64,000 bases of DNA from an uncultured bacterium. GTDB lineage: Bacteria; Patescibacteriota; Saccharimonadia; Saccharimonadales; UBA4665. Below the pieces are notes generated by a model. That model did no database searches. It was not told the DNA's origin and saw nothing but the letters and a program-made list of their open reading frames with translations. This document shows positions 45,538 to 55,938 of the stretch, in pieces. The stretch is taken from assembly GCA_963721475.1 (NCBI GenBank), contig CAVRJI010000002.1, forward strand, positions 593,451 to 657,450, read 5' to 3'. The first letter of the stretch is position 1. Each line of letters starts with the position of its first letter. Made by a program: the position numbers and the translations under genes.

Positions 45538-46233
45538 CTAGGCGATAAGTTGTATGCCGCTCAGGTTGGGCACTGTAAGGGTGTCATCCTTGGTCCTGGC
45601 GATTGATTCGAGGTGGGGCGTTGGTCCGTCACGCTCGATGAGAATGGAACGGGCGCCAACGTTTTGGGCCAATTGAACGTCAACAAACTGATCACCAATG
45701 ACGAGAAGTCTGTCGGGGGTGATATTGTGCTGCGAGAGCCACGGTTCTATGGAGCGCTTGTCGGGCTTACGATAGGCGACTTCGTCTCCGGCATATACAT
45801 TCTGAATACAGCCAGCAAGCGTAGTGCCGGCAACAATAGCCCGCGGGCTTGCGGAGCCTCTATCTTTGTGCTCCCGATTGGTGAGCACTAGCTGCGGTAC
45901 GCTGTACTGGGCAGCCTGTTGTGCAAGCAGGAGCGCATCTGCAAATAAATGTCGATTGATGCCGCCTTCGTAGTGGCGTTCCTGTTTGCGCAAGAAGAGG
46001 GAGACGAGAATGTCGAGGTCGGCATTACTGTCGAGGTCGAGCACTCTTTGAATTGTTTCCTCAAGTGAACCATGGAAGTTCATCTGCATCGTTTTGCGCA
46101 AAGGAATAAGATAGCCCATTTCACTTGCGACTTCGCTCAGGACCTTCTCAAAAATACTAAAACTGTCCAGTAATGTGCCGTCCAGATCCCAAATAATACC
46201 GTCTATATCTTTAATTATCACAAAGTCTAGCAT
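45538..46233 (-). CDS. HAD-superfamily hydrolase
   Basis: Start chosen at MLDFVI. HAD motif I WDLDGTLLDS and motif IV-like VIGDQFVDVQ. The upstream 30-codon extension is rejected. Confidence 0.8.
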   Translation of the reverse strand: MLDFVIIKDIDGIIWDLDGTLLDSFSIFEKVLSEVASEMGYLIPLRKTMQMNFHGSLEETIQRVLDLDSNADLDILVSLFLRKQERHYEGGINRHLFADALLLAQQAAQYSVPQLVLTNREHKDRGSASPRAIVAGTTLAGCIQNVYAGDEVAYRKPDKRSIEPWLSQHNITPDRLLVIGDQFVDVQLAQNVGARSILIERDGPTPHLESIARTKDDTLTVPNLSGIQLIA

Positions 46234-46299
46234 AGCATTATTTTTACGAATTAAGTTGCCGAAGGTTGCTATACTGTAGCTATAATCAGGAGCGCGTTC

Positions 46300-47349
46300 T
46301 TGAAGAAACAAACAAAAAACCAAGGTCCTTTTTACCGCAGAAAAGCGTTTATCTGGAGTGCTGCGAGTTTGGTCGGTGTGCTTATTGTAGTGCTCGTGGC
46401 GTTTCGGGTCAGCCCCTGGCCGGGCGCGATGCTTATTCGCTATGAATTTACCCGTAGTGACATTAAGACATCAAAGGCTCTCGAAAAGCATCAGCCATCT
46501 ACGGCGATCACGTCACTTGCTAATCAGCAATACCGACCCCATGACGACGACGCTTTTTTGGATGTCTATTTCCCGGCAAATACCAAAGAAGCCGCAAAAC
46601 TACCTGTGGTTATTTGGACTCATGGAGGGGCTTGGGTTTCTGGCGACAAAGAGGACAATCTCACGTATTTTAAACTGCTGGCTGCCCAAGGTTATACGGT
46701 TATTTCCGGCGACTATACGCGCGGGCCGGAAAAGAAATACCCGACCGCCGTCAAGCAACTTAATGATATGTATGCCTATATCCAGGCTAACGCCAATCGC
46801 TTTCATGTCGATGTCGATAAGATTTTTTTGGCTGGTGATTCTGCGGGCTCGCAACTATCCAGCCAGATGGCAACGCTGGTTACCAGTCCAGAATATGCCC
46901 AGGAGATGCAGATAAAGCCTAATCTAGATCCTTCGCAGCTGAAGGGTGTTATTCTCAACTGCGGTATATATAAAATGGATGCGCTCGTGCAGCCGAATCC
47001 TACTCTGCCTAAAATAGTCGGTTGGGGCACGGACGTCAGTGTATGGGCGTATGTTGGGTCCCGAAGCACTTCGGATCCAGCTCTCAGACAAATGTCTGCC
47101 CAATACCATGCAACAAGTACCTTTCCTGCTACATACATTACGGGTGGCAACGGCGATCCATTAACAAATGCTCAGTCCAAGCCTTTCGCGGATAAGCTAC
47201 AAGGTCTCGGAGTAGACGTCACGAGGCTTTTCTATCCCGAGGACCATCAGCCTTCTTTGCCACACGAATATCAGTTCAATCTAGACAATGCCGACGGTGA
47301 AGCTGCGCTTGCCGCAACACTGAAGTTCCTGAGAGACCATTCACAGTAG
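46300..47349 (+). CDS. alpha/beta hydrolase (HSL-type esterase/lipase), membrane-anchored
   Basis: TTG start 7 nt after AGGAG. N-terminal TM helix, oxyanion motif HGGAW and nucleophile elbow GDSAG. Confidence 0.8.
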   Translation: MKKQTKNQGPFYRRKAFIWSAASLVGVLIVVLVAFRVSPWPGAMLIRYEFTRSDIKTSKALEKHQPSTAITSLANQQYRPHDDDAFLDVYFPANTKEAAKLPVVIWTHGGAWVSGDKEDNLTYFKLLAAQGYTVISGDYTRGPEKKYPTAVKQLNDMYAYIQANANRFHVDVDKIFLAGDSAGSQLSSQMATLVTSPEYAQEMQIKPNLDPSQLKGVILNCGIYKMDALVQPNPTLPKIVGWGTDVSVWAYVGSRSTSDPALRQMSAQYHATSTFPATYITGGNGDPLTNAQSKPFADKLQGLGVDVTRLFYPEDHQPSLPHEYQFNLDNADGEAALAATLKFLRDHSQ

Positions 47350-47362
47350 AGTAGGGCAAGAT

Positions 47363-48295
47363 TTAGGCTGCAGATGAAGTGTCTTCGGTGTCGCCAGATG
47401 TACTAAAGCTAACCTCATTGGCAGTGATGATGGCATTACGCATCTGCTCACTAATATCATTCATGCCGCCAGGTGAGTGAGGAATAAGAATTGTGTTGCT
47501 CTTGCCGGACAGGCCAATATCTTTCAGGGTGTCAAAGTATTGTGTCATGAGCACTAAGTTCATGACGTCTTGAGCTTTTGCGCCGTCAATTGCTGAGCTA
47601 AAGTTCTCAACCGATACCTTGAGGCCGTCAATGATGGCCTTGCGTTGATCGGCTATGCCCTTACCTTGGAGTGCCTTGCTTTCAGCTTCAGCTTCAGCGG
47701 CTTTGACCACGCGAATCTTCTCAGCTTCAGCTTGCTGGATGGCTGCCTCACGCATACGCTGCGCGGCGTTGATTTCGTTCATGCTGGATTTTACTTTGGC
47801 ATCAGGGTTAATATCGGTCACAAGCGTCTTGATGATGTTGTACCCAAAGTCATTCATGACCGTATCAAGTTCTTTTTTAACTGCCAGGGCTATGTCGTCC
47901 TTCTTTTGGAACACGTCATCCAGGATAATGGATGGCACACGGGCTCGAACGGTATCAAATACGTATGCAGTAATCTGTTCTTGGGGATTTTGTAGTTTGT
48001 ACACTGCCTCGAGAACGTTTTCTGCCCGGACGCAGTATTGGACGCTGACAATACACACGATAAAGACATTGTCTTTTGTTTTGGTCTCAATCTTGACGTC
48101 TAGCTGTTGGATCCGAAGGTTAGGGGTCGCCGCGATGCGGTCAATAAAGGGCGCCTTTATGTTCAGCCCGGCATTTGCAACTTGTTTAAAGCGCCCAAAG
48201 CGCTCAACAACAGCGATCGTTTGCTGACGAACGATAAAAAACATATTAGCAACTAGAATGAGTGCAATAGCACCCAAGACATACAAGACCCACAT
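47363..48295 (-). CDS. SPFH/band-7 (stomatin/prohibitin-like) protein
   Basis: 310 aa with an N-terminal TM helix, an SPFH core (IVRQQTIAVVERFGRF) and an Ala/Glu-rich coiled coil. Confidence 0.85.
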   Translation of the reverse strand: MWVLYVLGAIALILVANMFFIVRQQTIAVVERFGRFKQVANAGLNIKAPFIDRIAATPNLRIQQLDVKIETKTKDNVFIVCIVSVQYCVRAENVLEAVYKLQNPQEQITAYVFDTVRARVPSIILDDVFQKKDDIALAVKKELDTVMNDFGYNIIKTLVTDINPDAKVKSSMNEINAAQRMREAAIQQAEAEKIRVVKAAEAEAESKALQGKGIADQRKAIIDGLKVSVENFSSAIDGAKAQDVMNLVLMTQYFDTLKDIGLSGKSNTILIPHSPGGMNDISEQMRNAIITANEVSFSTSGDTEDTSSAA

Positions 48296-48430
48296 GGCAA
48301 ACCTCTCAGATTTTATAGAATTTTAAGTATTATACCATGATTACAAGCGATAGCTCCGCAAAGCAATAAGACGAACAAAGGGCCAAGCTTGGAAACTTGA
48401 CCGTAATAAGAATTAAGGTATGGTATTTAA

Positions 48431-49198
48431 ATGATAAATAATAATACAGCCCGCGGTGACGTACATCGATTTCCCGGAGCGACCACCTTGAGCACTCTCG
48501 AACCAAACCCGAACCATCTCTCGGCATCATTGTGGATGAGCATGGGTAACCGCGCCCTTAACGGGGAGTTTGCCGAGTTGCCACCACGACCCACAGATTC
48601 CGCTGAAATCGTTGAACGCATACGGTATTTTAAAGCAACCGAATCCCAGCGGATGGGTGAATACGGCAAAGAATTCCTGGAGCAAAAAGGTCGGCCAACG
48701 ATCAAGGGTATCATCGGATTGCTTGAGGCTGGACGCCAGGAGCTGAGCGAACGGTATTTTCATGTAGCTAGTGCCATGACTATGCTTTCACAGCGCCAAG
48801 AAGGTAGTCATTTTCTTGAAGTAATGCGAGATACGACAAATGTGCGCAAGGCGAGCCTGCGGCGAGCAATCGGTGGCGAAGGTCTCTCCACGATTATTGA
48901 CATGCAAGAACCGACGACCTATTCGCCACTTTATCGAGATCGACCATCCCGACACCACCATGCCGTATTTAGGTATAGCAGTATCCCAGGCCCCGACCTT
49001 GGGATGCTCAATGATGTGGCAACGGTTGTGCTCAATGCTGATCCAGGACGCGAATTCGCCGATGTTTATACGGCCGCTCCATTCACGGGTCAAGCAAACA
49101 TTGCCGCAACGCCTGGAGTTCTAGAGGCAATCCTACGCGACGCTCATAGCACCCTCGAGGCGACAAGGGAACATTACGCAAGGGTTCATGGGCGCTAA
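48431..49198 (+). CDS. hypothetical protein, tandem paralog 1
   Basis: 255 aa, collinear with the next ORF (RGD..PGAT, GxPT(I/V)KGI(I/V)GLLE, TAAPFTGQANIAATPG). A TTGACC-16-TATGGT promoter lies 6 nt from the ATG. Confidence 0.65.
   Translation: MINNNTARGDVHRFPGATTLSTLEPNPNHLSASLWMSMGNRALNGEFAELPPRPTDSAEIVERIRYFKATESQRMGEYGKEFLEQKGRPTIKGIIGLLEAGRQELSERYFHVASAMTMLSQRQEGSHFLEVMRDTTNVRKASLRRAIGGEGLSTIIDMQEPTTYSPLYRDRPSRHHHAVFRYSSIPGPDLGMLNDVATVVLNADPGREFADVYTAAPFTGQANIAATPGVLEAILRDAHSTLEATREHYARVHGR
49073..49104 (+). repeat. 32-nt exact repeat, copy 1, inside paralog 1
   Basis: gccgctccattcacgggtcaagcaaacattgc is identical to 49889-49920. 8 more identical nt follow after one mismatch. Confidence 0.9.
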
Positions 49199-49249
49199 GG
49201 AGCTCCGCACCGGGAGCCAGCTCCCGCAAAATTAAGATATACTATCTAC

Positions 49250-50017
49250 ATGTTTAACTCTTCACGCGGTGATATATCTAAATTGCCTGGTGCGACCGAG
49301 CTTGGTAATCTTGTACGCGACATCGACCATCTGCCAGCGTCAACCTGGCTATATATCGGCCAGTTGGCTATAGATAACGGCGTTCCAGAACTGCCGACCC
49401 AAGCTCCAGAAAGCAGTGATACTCGGGTTAGTCTCGAACAGTGGAAGGCCATAGAGGAGCATCGTATGAGCCTCCATGGCAAAGAGATGGTAGGGCAGGT
49501 GGGGCAACCAACAGTTAAGGGCATTGTGGGCTTGCTTGAGGGGCACCGCCAAGAACTAGGCAAGCGTTATGAGGGTAGCGGCATGAGCGGCGTTTATGGA
49601 TTTGCACGGCCTAAAACTCAAAGCCATTTTGTGGAATTTTTGCGTGATAATACTGGTGTTGGGGAACGTACGCTGCACCGAACTATCGGCCAGAATGGCC
49701 TGGCTGTGTCGATAGATATGCAAAACCCACCGGCACGCTCGTACCTTATGCGCCGAGGAGCTCACGGGGCGCGGCATGCGTTGATTCAATATAATGCCGA
49801 CCCAACTGCCAAAGAGCCCTTGGTAAACGAAAGGGTTGCGGTAGTGCTTAATGCCGACGCAGATCGTGAATATGCTAATGTCTTTACAGCCGCTCCATTC
49901 ACGGGTCAAGCAAACATTGCGGCAACGCCCGGCGCCCTTGAGGCTTTATTGCTGGATGTACAAAAAACTATTGATGATACGACTGAGCGTTACGGCAGGA
50001 TGTACCCGGATCGGTAA
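49250..50017 (+). CDS. hypothetical protein, tandem paralog 2
   Basis: 255 aa, the same length and motif order as 48431-49198. TATACT lies 6 nt upstream of the ATG. Confidence 0.65.
   Translation: MFNSSRGDISKLPGATELGNLVRDIDHLPASTWLYIGQLAIDNGVPELPTQAPESSDTRVSLEQWKAIEEHRMSLHGKEMVGQVGQPTVKGIVGLLEGHRQELGKRYEGSGMSGVYGFARPKTQSHFVEFLRDNTGVGERTLHRTIGQNGLAVSIDMQNPPARSYLMRRGAHGARHALIQYNADPTAKEPLVNERVAVVLNADADREYANVFTAAPFTGQANIAATPGALEALLLDVQKTIDDTTERYGRMYPDR
49889..49920 (+). repeat. 32-nt exact repeat, copy 2, inside paralog 2
   Basis: Identical to 49073-49104. Confidence 0.9.
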
Positions 50018-50030
50018 ACAAAAGATTGAC

Positions 50031-50070
50031 CAAGAAAAATACCCGAGTTTTATCTCGGGTATTTTTCTTG
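50031..50070. terminator. bidirectional intrinsic terminator
   Basis: 17-bp perfect stem caagaaaaatacccgag/ctcgggtatttttcttg with a 6-nt loop, between a + strand CDS and a - strand tRNA. Confidence 0.85.
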
Positions 50071-50145
50071 GTAGCGGCGACAAGACTTGAACTTGTGACC
50101 CCAGGCTTATGAGTCCTGTGCTCTAACCAGCTGAGCTACGCCGCC
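50069..50145 (-). tRNA. tRNA-Met (CAU), elongator-like
   Basis: 77-nt cloverleaf GGCGGCGTAGCTCAGCTGGTTAGAGCAC...CTCATAA...GGGGTCACAAGTTCAAGTC...CGCCGCTACCA, which resembles E. coli elongator Met. It has a G1-U72 pair and an A31/G39 mismatch. Confidence 0.85.
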
Positions 50146-50196
50146 ATAAATTACAAGGGGTAATATAGCATATTATTGGTTTGCTGCCTAGGGCTA

Positions 50197-50763
50197 CTAC
50201 TGGTGTTCTTGTCGCTCATGCAGCCAAGCACCTAGCTCGTGCCAGGCAGTGTGTTTATGGGCAATCACCGGCAAACCTTGGCTGCGCGCTTCGGCATTGC
50301 TGAGTCCCTGATCGTTAAAGGAAATAATTTGATCGTTGGGGTTTTCTGACTGGCCTTTGATTTCCGTGAGTAGTGTGCCCTCGATATCTACTTTTATGAG
50401 GTGCGTCTGGGATTGGTCCTGGTAGATAACATATTGCCTTAGGAAGACTCGCCTGTCTTTTAGCGGGAGTGTCAGCCTCAGAAAATCTTCTGCCGTAAAC
50501 CATTGATTAATGTCTTTCATATAGGGCCCAGGAAAGCCACGGAGGCCAGGAATAATCCAGCTGTCGTCATTCACGATCAGTGGCTGCTGCACAATATCGA
50601 ACGCTTTCTGGGCTTTATCGCGCACGATATCTTCGCTGTTCTCCGATTGAATTTCCGGAATATCAAGTGAGCGACTTTGAATGGTCGCCCCAAAGCTGTG
50701 CAGGATATGCTGCGCAGCCCGAATTTTATGTGGATTGCCGGTGATGAAAATAAGTGCGGACAT
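50197..50763 (-). CDS. rdgB: non-canonical purine NTP pyrophosphatase (HAM1/RdgB family)
   Basis: Start chosen at MSALIFITGNPHKI, the family N-terminal motif. About 188 aa. The 59-codon upstream extension is rejected. Confidence 0.75.
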   Translation of the reverse strand: MSALIFITGNPHKIRAAQHILHSFGATIQSRSLDIPEIQSENSEDIVRDKAQKAFDIVQQPLIVNDDSWIIPGLRGFPGPYMKDINQWFTAEDFLRLTLPLKDRRVFLRQYVIYQDQSQTHLIKVDIEGTLLTEIKGQSENPNDQIISFNDQGLSNAEARSQGLPVIAHKHTAWHELGAWLHERQEHQ

Positions 50764-50780
50764 GATGTTATAATTAGAAC

Positions 50781-51671
50781 ATGAAAGTGAGTCTTGCGCC
50801 AGGAAAATATGTGATTGCCGTGTCCGGTGGAGTGGACTCCATGGCCTTGCTTGATATGATAACGCAATTACCGAGCGTCCAGCTTGTTGTGGCCCACTTC
50901 GACCACCAGGTGCGTCCGGATTCGGCAGAAGACCGTACACTAGTGCAGTCGGCCGCCCAGGACTACGGCTTGGCCTTTGTATATGAGGAAGGTGGCTTGG
51001 GCGCTGGTGTCAGCGAAGAGCGTGCTCGACTAGCTCGCTATGCCTTCTTGCGCAAGGTGCAGGCAGAGCAGGGCGCGGCTGGGATTATAACAGCCCACCA
51101 TCAGGGTGATGTTATTGAAACGATGCTGCTTAATCTTATTCGTGGAACCGGGCGCCGTGGCCTTAGTTCGTTACAATCCTCAGCGGACATTATCCGCCCC
51201 CTTCTTGATTATACAAAAAACGAACTTATACGATATGCAACCGAACGGGGAATTGCTTGGCGCGAAGATAGTACCAATGCCAATGATGCATACCTACGAA
51301 ATTACCTACGAAACCATGTAATCACTAAACTATCAAGCGAACAGTACGGCTCCCTGCTGGTGATCAGTCAACAGGCTAGAACACTTAACGCGTTAATTGA
51401 TAGCGAGCTGCCCAAGGTCCTAGACACTATCCGCTGCGATAACGGAGACTTTGTTCGTCACTTGTTCATTATGCTCCCCCACAATGTTTCGCAGGATATT
51501 ATGGCCACGCTTCTTCGCCAAAATAGCGTGAAAAACATCAATAAAAAAATGATTTCACGATTGGTTGTGGCGATCAAAACTGCCCGCCCCCATACTCTTT
51601 ATGATGTTGATGCTGCGCGAATTCTGGAGGTTCGTAAGAAAACCTTTAAGATAATGCTCAGATACTCGTAA
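50781..51671 (+). CDS. tilS: tRNA(Ile)-lysidine synthase (short form)
   Basis: 296 aa with the PP-loop VIAVSGGVDSMALLDM and a TilS-type core (HHQGDVIETMLLNLIRGTG). TGtTATAAT lies 6 nt upstream of the ATG. Confidence 0.85.
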   Translation: MKVSLAPGKYVIAVSGGVDSMALLDMITQLPSVQLVVAHFDHQVRPDSAEDRTLVQSAAQDYGLAFVYEEGGLGAGVSEERARLARYAFLRKVQAEQGAAGIITAHHQGDVIETMLLNLIRGTGRRGLSSLQSSADIIRPLLDYTKNELIRYATERGIAWREDSTNANDAYLRNYLRNHVITKLSSEQYGSLLVISQQARTLNALIDSELPKVLDTIRCDNGDFVRHLFIMLPHNVSQDIMATLLRQNSVKNINKKMISRLVVAIKTARPHTLYDVDAARILEVRKKTFKIMLRYS

Positions 51672-51701
51672 AAACCTCTTAAAGGTGTATAATGCTCTCG
51701 T

Positions 51702-53573
51702 ATGGATAACAAGAAAACCTTTCGCTCTGCCAATAATAAAAAGGGTAGCGGCGGTCGTAGAGGGTTCCGCAATGTCGGATTTATTGCCCTCATCGTCCTG
51801 TTTGCCCTCATTATGTTTGCCGCATATGGCCAACCTTCCAGCACCAAAACTATTCCTCTGACAGAGGCCGTTAAGCAATCAAGCGACGGTAAATACAAGA
51901 AGTTGCAGGTGACTGGTAACGAGGTGTTAATCACCGAGAGTGGTGAGGCTAAGCCTACCCTCAAAACCTTTAAAGACCCAAATACGACACTTAAAGAAGA
52001 TGGATTTAAGACTTCTGGTACGGAAGTAACTTTTACTCCACAATCAAAGTCCTCATTCTTGGAGAACATTGGCTTGGCATTGTTACCTGTCATCCTTATT
52101 AGTGTTGTTTTGTTCTTTATGCTCCGCAGTGCTCAAGGCCAAGGCAACCAAGCTATGAGCTTTGGTAAGAGCCGTGCCCGCTTGTATGGCAACGAAAAAG
52201 ACAAGATCACCTTTACTGACATTGCTGGTTCGGCTGAGGCCAAGCAAGATCTGCAGGAAGTGGTTGAATTCCTAAAGTATCCAAAGAAGTTTGCCAACGT
52301 TGGCGCCCGTATTCCAAAGGGTGTTTTGCTTGTGGGCCCTCCAGGAACTGGTAAGACAATGCTTGCCCGCGCTGTTGCCGGCGAGGCGAACGTCCCATTC
52401 TTTAGTATCTCTGGTTCTGAGTTTGTCGAAATGTTCGTAGGTGTTGGTGCAAGCCGTGTTCGTGATTTGTTTGCGAAGGCCAAAAAGAATGCACCATGCA
52501 TTATCTTTGTTGACGAAATCGATGCCGTCGGCCGCCGTCGCGGTTCTGGTATGGGTGGTGGTCACGATGAGCGTGAGCAAACTCTCAACCAGATCTTGGT
52601 TGAAATGGATGGTTTCGAACAAGGCCAAAATGTTATTGTCTTGGCTGCAACCAACCGTGCCGACGTGCTAGACCCTGCTTTGCTCCGCCCAGGTCGCTTT
52701 GACCGCCGTGTTAACATTGGTCTGCCGGACCGCAAGGACCGCGAAGCAATCTTAAAGGTTCACTTCAAGAAGAAGCCAGTCATGAAGCATGTCGACCTCG
52801 ACGCTTTGGCTGCAAAATCCGCCGGTTCGTCTGGTGCAGATTTGGCTAACATTGCCAACGAGTCGGCAATTATTGCTGCTCGCTTGAATCACAAAGAAAT
52901 TTCCAACGATGATGTAACTGCAGCTTTTGAGCGCGTGGCCATTGGCCCAGAGCGCAAGAGCAAGGTCATGAACGAAAAAGAAAAGCAAGTCACCGCTTAT
53001 CACGAAGCTGGTCATGCTATTGTCGGCCATGTCTTACCAGACAGTGACTTGGTCCACAAGGTAACGATTATTCCTCGTGGTGGTACTGGTGGTGTCACCT
53101 GGTTTATCCCGCCAGAGGACAAGAGCTATCATTCAATTGTTGAGTATAAGGATGTCTTGGCTCGTATGCTTGGCGGACGTATTGCCGAAGAAGTCATGTT
53201 TGGCTCCGATCACGTAACAACTGGCGCTGGTAGCGACCTACAGAAGGCTGCTGAGCTTGCCCGTGATATGGTGGTCAACCAGGGTATGGGCAATAAGCTC
53301 CGCAATCAAGTCTTCCATGTTGATGACGGTATGATGCTGGACAAACTCGTCCACGAACGTGATTACTCCGAGGACACAGCTAAGATGATTGACCAGGAAG
53401 TCGAAGTGCTCATTACAGAGGCCGCTAATCGTGCCCGTATGGTCATCAAGGCCAACAAGGACAAGCTCGAAGCCCTCAAGGACCTGTTGCTCGAAAAAGA
53501 GACCGTTGAAGCCGATGACGTCAAAAAGGTCTTCAAGGGTGCCGAAATGCCTAAGGCTGCTGCTCTCTACTAG
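51702..53573 (+). CDS. ftsH: ATP-dependent zinc metalloprotease FtsH
   Basis: 623 aa with two TM helices, the AAA Walker A GPPGTGKT, a second region of homology, and the zinc motif HEAGHA. Confidence 0.95.
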   Translation: MDNKKTFRSANNKKGSGGRRGFRNVGFIALIVLFALIMFAAYGQPSSTKTIPLTEAVKQSSDGKYKKLQVTGNEVLITESGEAKPTLKTFKDPNTTLKEDGFKTSGTEVTFTPQSKSSFLENIGLALLPVILISVVLFFMLRSAQGQGNQAMSFGKSRARLYGNEKDKITFTDIAGSAEAKQDLQEVVEFLKYPKKFANVGARIPKGVLLVGPPGTGKTMLARAVAGEANVPFFSISGSEFVEMFVGVGASRVRDLFAKAKKNAPCIIFVDEIDAVGRRRGSGMGGGHDEREQTLNQILVEMDGFEQGQNVIVLAATNRADVLDPALLRPGRFDRRVNIGLPDRKDREAILKVHFKKKPVMKHVDLDALAAKSAGSSGADLANIANESAIIAARLNHKEISNDDVTAAFERVAIGPERKSKVMNEKEKQVTAYHEAGHAIVGHVLPDSDLVHKVTIIPRGGTGGVTWFIPPEDKSYHSIVEYKDVLARMLGGRIAEEVMFGSDHVTTGAGSDLQKAAELARDMVVNQGMGNKLRNQVFHVDDGMMLDKLVHERDYSEDTAKMIDQEVEVLITEAANRARMVIKANKDKLEALKDLLLEKETVEADDVKKVFKGAEMPKAAALY

Positions 53574-53589
53574 ACAGATATCCGTTTCC

Positions 53590-53627
53590 AAAATACCCCG
53601 CTTGCACCACAAAAGCGGGGTATTTTT
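53590..53627 (+). terminator. intrinsic terminator after ftsH
   Basis: 13-bp stem aaataccccgctt/aagcggggtattt followed by TTT. Confidence 0.8.
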
Positions 53628-53693
53628 ATGTCTGCTCAACTTGCCATGAGATTAATCATATAAAATTACCGATAACGGTAGGCTCACGAGGCT

Positions 53694-55352
53694 ATGGGGA
53701 GTATACTAAAAATAGCTAAACCCTCACATTATTATTTATTACGCATGCAAGAAAAACCCAAACCGCGAGCTAAAAAAAGAATCTCCCTCGGTAGTGCTGC
53801 TGTTCTATTGATGACTACGACCTTGGTTGGTCAATTGCTGGGCTTTATGCGCACCAAGCTGGTCAATGCAAACTTTGATCCATACGGCGCACAGAGCACC
53901 GATGCATATTTTGCCGCGTTTACTATTCCTGATCTATTCTTCTATACGCTGGCAGCGGGTGCTCTTGGCGTTGCATTCATGCCATTTCTGGCTGATCGTC
54001 TGCATAAAGGTGACCGGCGCGGTATGTGGGAGCTCTCAACAAGCTTACTTAACCTGTTAAGTATATTAATGCTGTTCGTGGCGGTCATCATCTTTGCTTT
54101 TGCACGACCTCTGATCAGCCATATCGTTGCACCAAACTTAAGCCCAGAGCAGCTCGATAATGCTGTGTTTATCATGCGACTGCTTGCGCTAAACCCCTTC
54201 TTCTTTACTATTTCCGGTATCTTGAGCAGTACACAGCAAACACTGGGCCGGTTCTTCTTCTTTGCTATCGCTCCTCTGGTGTATAACCTGTCGATTATTG
54301 TGAGTATCTTTGTATTCCGCGGAACAGACATGGGGCTTAAGGGGTTGGGAATCGGCGCGCTGGTTGGCGGCATCTTGCAGGTATTAATCGTGGCCTGTGG
54401 CTTATTCGGAACGAAATTCTATTGGCGGCCTAAGATTGCGTGGCGTAGTGACGACTTCCGTACGATCCTCAAACAGTTGCCCCCGCGGTCTCTGGACCAG
54501 GGGATCGACCAGGTGCAGGGTATCGTGGAAACAAACTTGGCCAACCGCCTGGGGACAGGATTCGTTAGCTTCTACAACAATGCTTATACAATGCACATGG
54601 CGCCAATCCTTTTGCTTGGTACGGCAATTTCAACAGCAGCTTTCCCGCAACTCAATAAGCGATTATCCCAAGGACGTCCCGACTTATTCCGCGCGGATTT
54701 CTTACGCATCTTACGATTACTCATCTGGCTGGTTGTGCCGGTTGTCATCGTCTGTTTCTTTACCCGTGGCTATCTGGCTCGACTTATCTTCTCTCGTAAT
54801 GCCCCTGAGATTGCCCTGATTTTTGGATTTCTGACTGTGGCCATTTTCTTTCGTACGGTATACGCGCTTATCTCGCGCTGGTTCTATGCCCAAAAGGACA
54901 GCAAAACGCCGCTATTTGTCTCGATCTTTACAATTGCCCTGAACATCGGCTTGGCAACGTACCTATCCAAGCCCGCAAACTATGGTGTTGGTGGCTTGGC
55001 TATGGCCCAGTCCATTGTGGCGGCAGTCGAGGTTGTCATTCTGAGCATTATTATGGTTATTCGTGATCCAAAACTGCTTAACATCGAATTTGGCAGTGGC
55101 CTTTTGCGAATGGTCTCGGTAACTGGCTTCACCGTGCTGACGGCCTTCATTGCCATTACCTTCTATCCACTTGCTGTTACGGACATCGGATTTATTACAC
55201 TGGGAACAAAACTATTCTTTATCTCGGCCGCCACAATGTCGGTCTATGTCCTGATATCCGGGCTCTTTGGCCTCGAAGAAGCGCGCCCGATCTTTAAATG
55301 GATCAAGCGTATTATTACGAAGCCACTCCGCATCCAGGATTGGAGCGCTTAG
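53694..55352 (+). CDS. murJ: lipid II flippase MurJ (MviN family)
   Basis: 552 aa with ~14 TM helices and a MurJ-like N-terminus (TLVGQLLGFMRTKLVNANFG...). An alternative start at 53745 is possible. Confidence 0.8.
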   Translation: MGSILKIAKPSHYYLLRMQEKPKPRAKKRISLGSAAVLLMTTTLVGQLLGFMRTKLVNANFDPYGAQSTDAYFAAFTIPDLFFYTLAAGALGVAFMPFLADRLHKGDRRGMWELSTSLLNLLSILMLFVAVIIFAFARPLISHIVAPNLSPEQLDNAVFIMRLLALNPFFFTISGILSSTQQTLGRFFFFAIAPLVYNLSIIVSIFVFRGTDMGLKGLGIGALVGGILQVLIVACGLFGTKFYWRPKIAWRSDDFRTILKQLPPRSLDQGIDQVQGIVETNLANRLGTGFVSFYNNAYTMHMAPILLLGTAISTAAFPQLNKRLSQGRPDLFRADFLRILRLLIWLVVPVVIVCFFTRGYLARLIFSRNAPEIALIFGFLTVAIFFRTVYALISRWFYAQKDSKTPLFVSIFTIALNIGLATYLSKPANYGVGGLAMAQSIVAAVEVVILSIIMVIRDPKLLNIEFGSGLLRMVSVTGFTVLTAFIAITFYPLAVTDIGFITLGTKLFFISAATMSVYVLISGLFGLEEARPIFKWIKRIITKPLRIQDWSA

Positions 55353-55364
55353 TGCCCAGAAGCA

Positions 55365-55392
55365 AAAGATCCGCCACATGCGGCGGATCTTT
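55365..55392. terminator. bidirectional intrinsic terminator at the left edge of the island
   Basis: Stem aaagatccgcc/ggcggatcttt between the convergent murJ and the small - strand ORF. Confidence 0.75.
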
Positions 55393-55416
55393 CTGATTAC
55401 TCCATCTTGGAATGAT

Positions 55417-55707
55417 CTAGTAGGCTTTGACGGTCGCCAGACAAGGGCTTCCCTGTAGGCTGCGGAAGTGATAGGTGAGCCGGTACTCATCTCCATCTGA
55501 CTGTCGCTCGAGAGAGGTGTCTACATCGACGTCACCGTCAAAATCAACTCTCAACTGAGGTTCGGGGATCTGCTTTTCAAAAATACCGACAACAAAGCGA
55601 GTGGTTGTATCTGCTTCAATGACCACCTGACCGAGTATTTCTGGATAATCTTCTTCCAAAATCGTGTCGTTGTGTTGTAAAATTGCTGAATCGCTTGTTA
55701 TGCTCAT
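55417..55707 (-). CDS. small acidic protein, partner 1 of the duplicated module
   Basis: 96 aa with AGGAGA 11 nt upstream of the ATG. About one third identical to 57168-57464 over the C-terminal 54 aa, by hand alignment. Shared motif EY(R/K)LTYH(F/L)...Q..(S/N)PC. Confidence 0.6.
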   Translation of the reverse strand: MSITSDSAILQHNDTILEEDYPEILGQVVIEADTTTRFVVGIFEKQIPEPQLRVDFDGDVDVDTSLERQSDGDEYRLTYHFRSLQGSPCLATVKAY

Positions 55708-55826
55708 GCGCTGAATGTCTCCTATTAGATGATCTGTATCTTCTTAGATTGAGGCTACGGTGATGGTTTGTGTGTTTAATCACATACGTCTGTGATGTGT
55801 ACTGGCGTTGAAAAATATTAAATGAG

Positions 55827-55845
55827 TTGTTACTCTAGGTAACAA
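55827..55845. promoter_or_regulatory. inverted repeat TTGTTAC-N5-GTAACAA in divergent promoter region 1
   Basis: 7-bp perfect arms. A third GTTAC half-site lies at 55858-55862. Confidence 0.45.
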
Positions 55846-55890
55846 GGGAAGAAAACTGTTACTAGTAGTTGCTTGCAGCTGCTATTTTTG

Positions 55891-55916
55891 ATGATACATG
55901 TCTATTTCGGAACATG
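55891..55916 (+). promoter_or_regulatory. conserved upstream motif ATGATACA-N8-TCGGAACATG (copy 1)
   Basis: The same 8-mer, spacing and 10-mer recur at 57559-57584, upstream of the paralogous gene. Ends 22 nt before the ATG at 55939. Confidence 0.55.
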
Positions 55917-55938
55917 CAAATAATTATTACAACTATAG

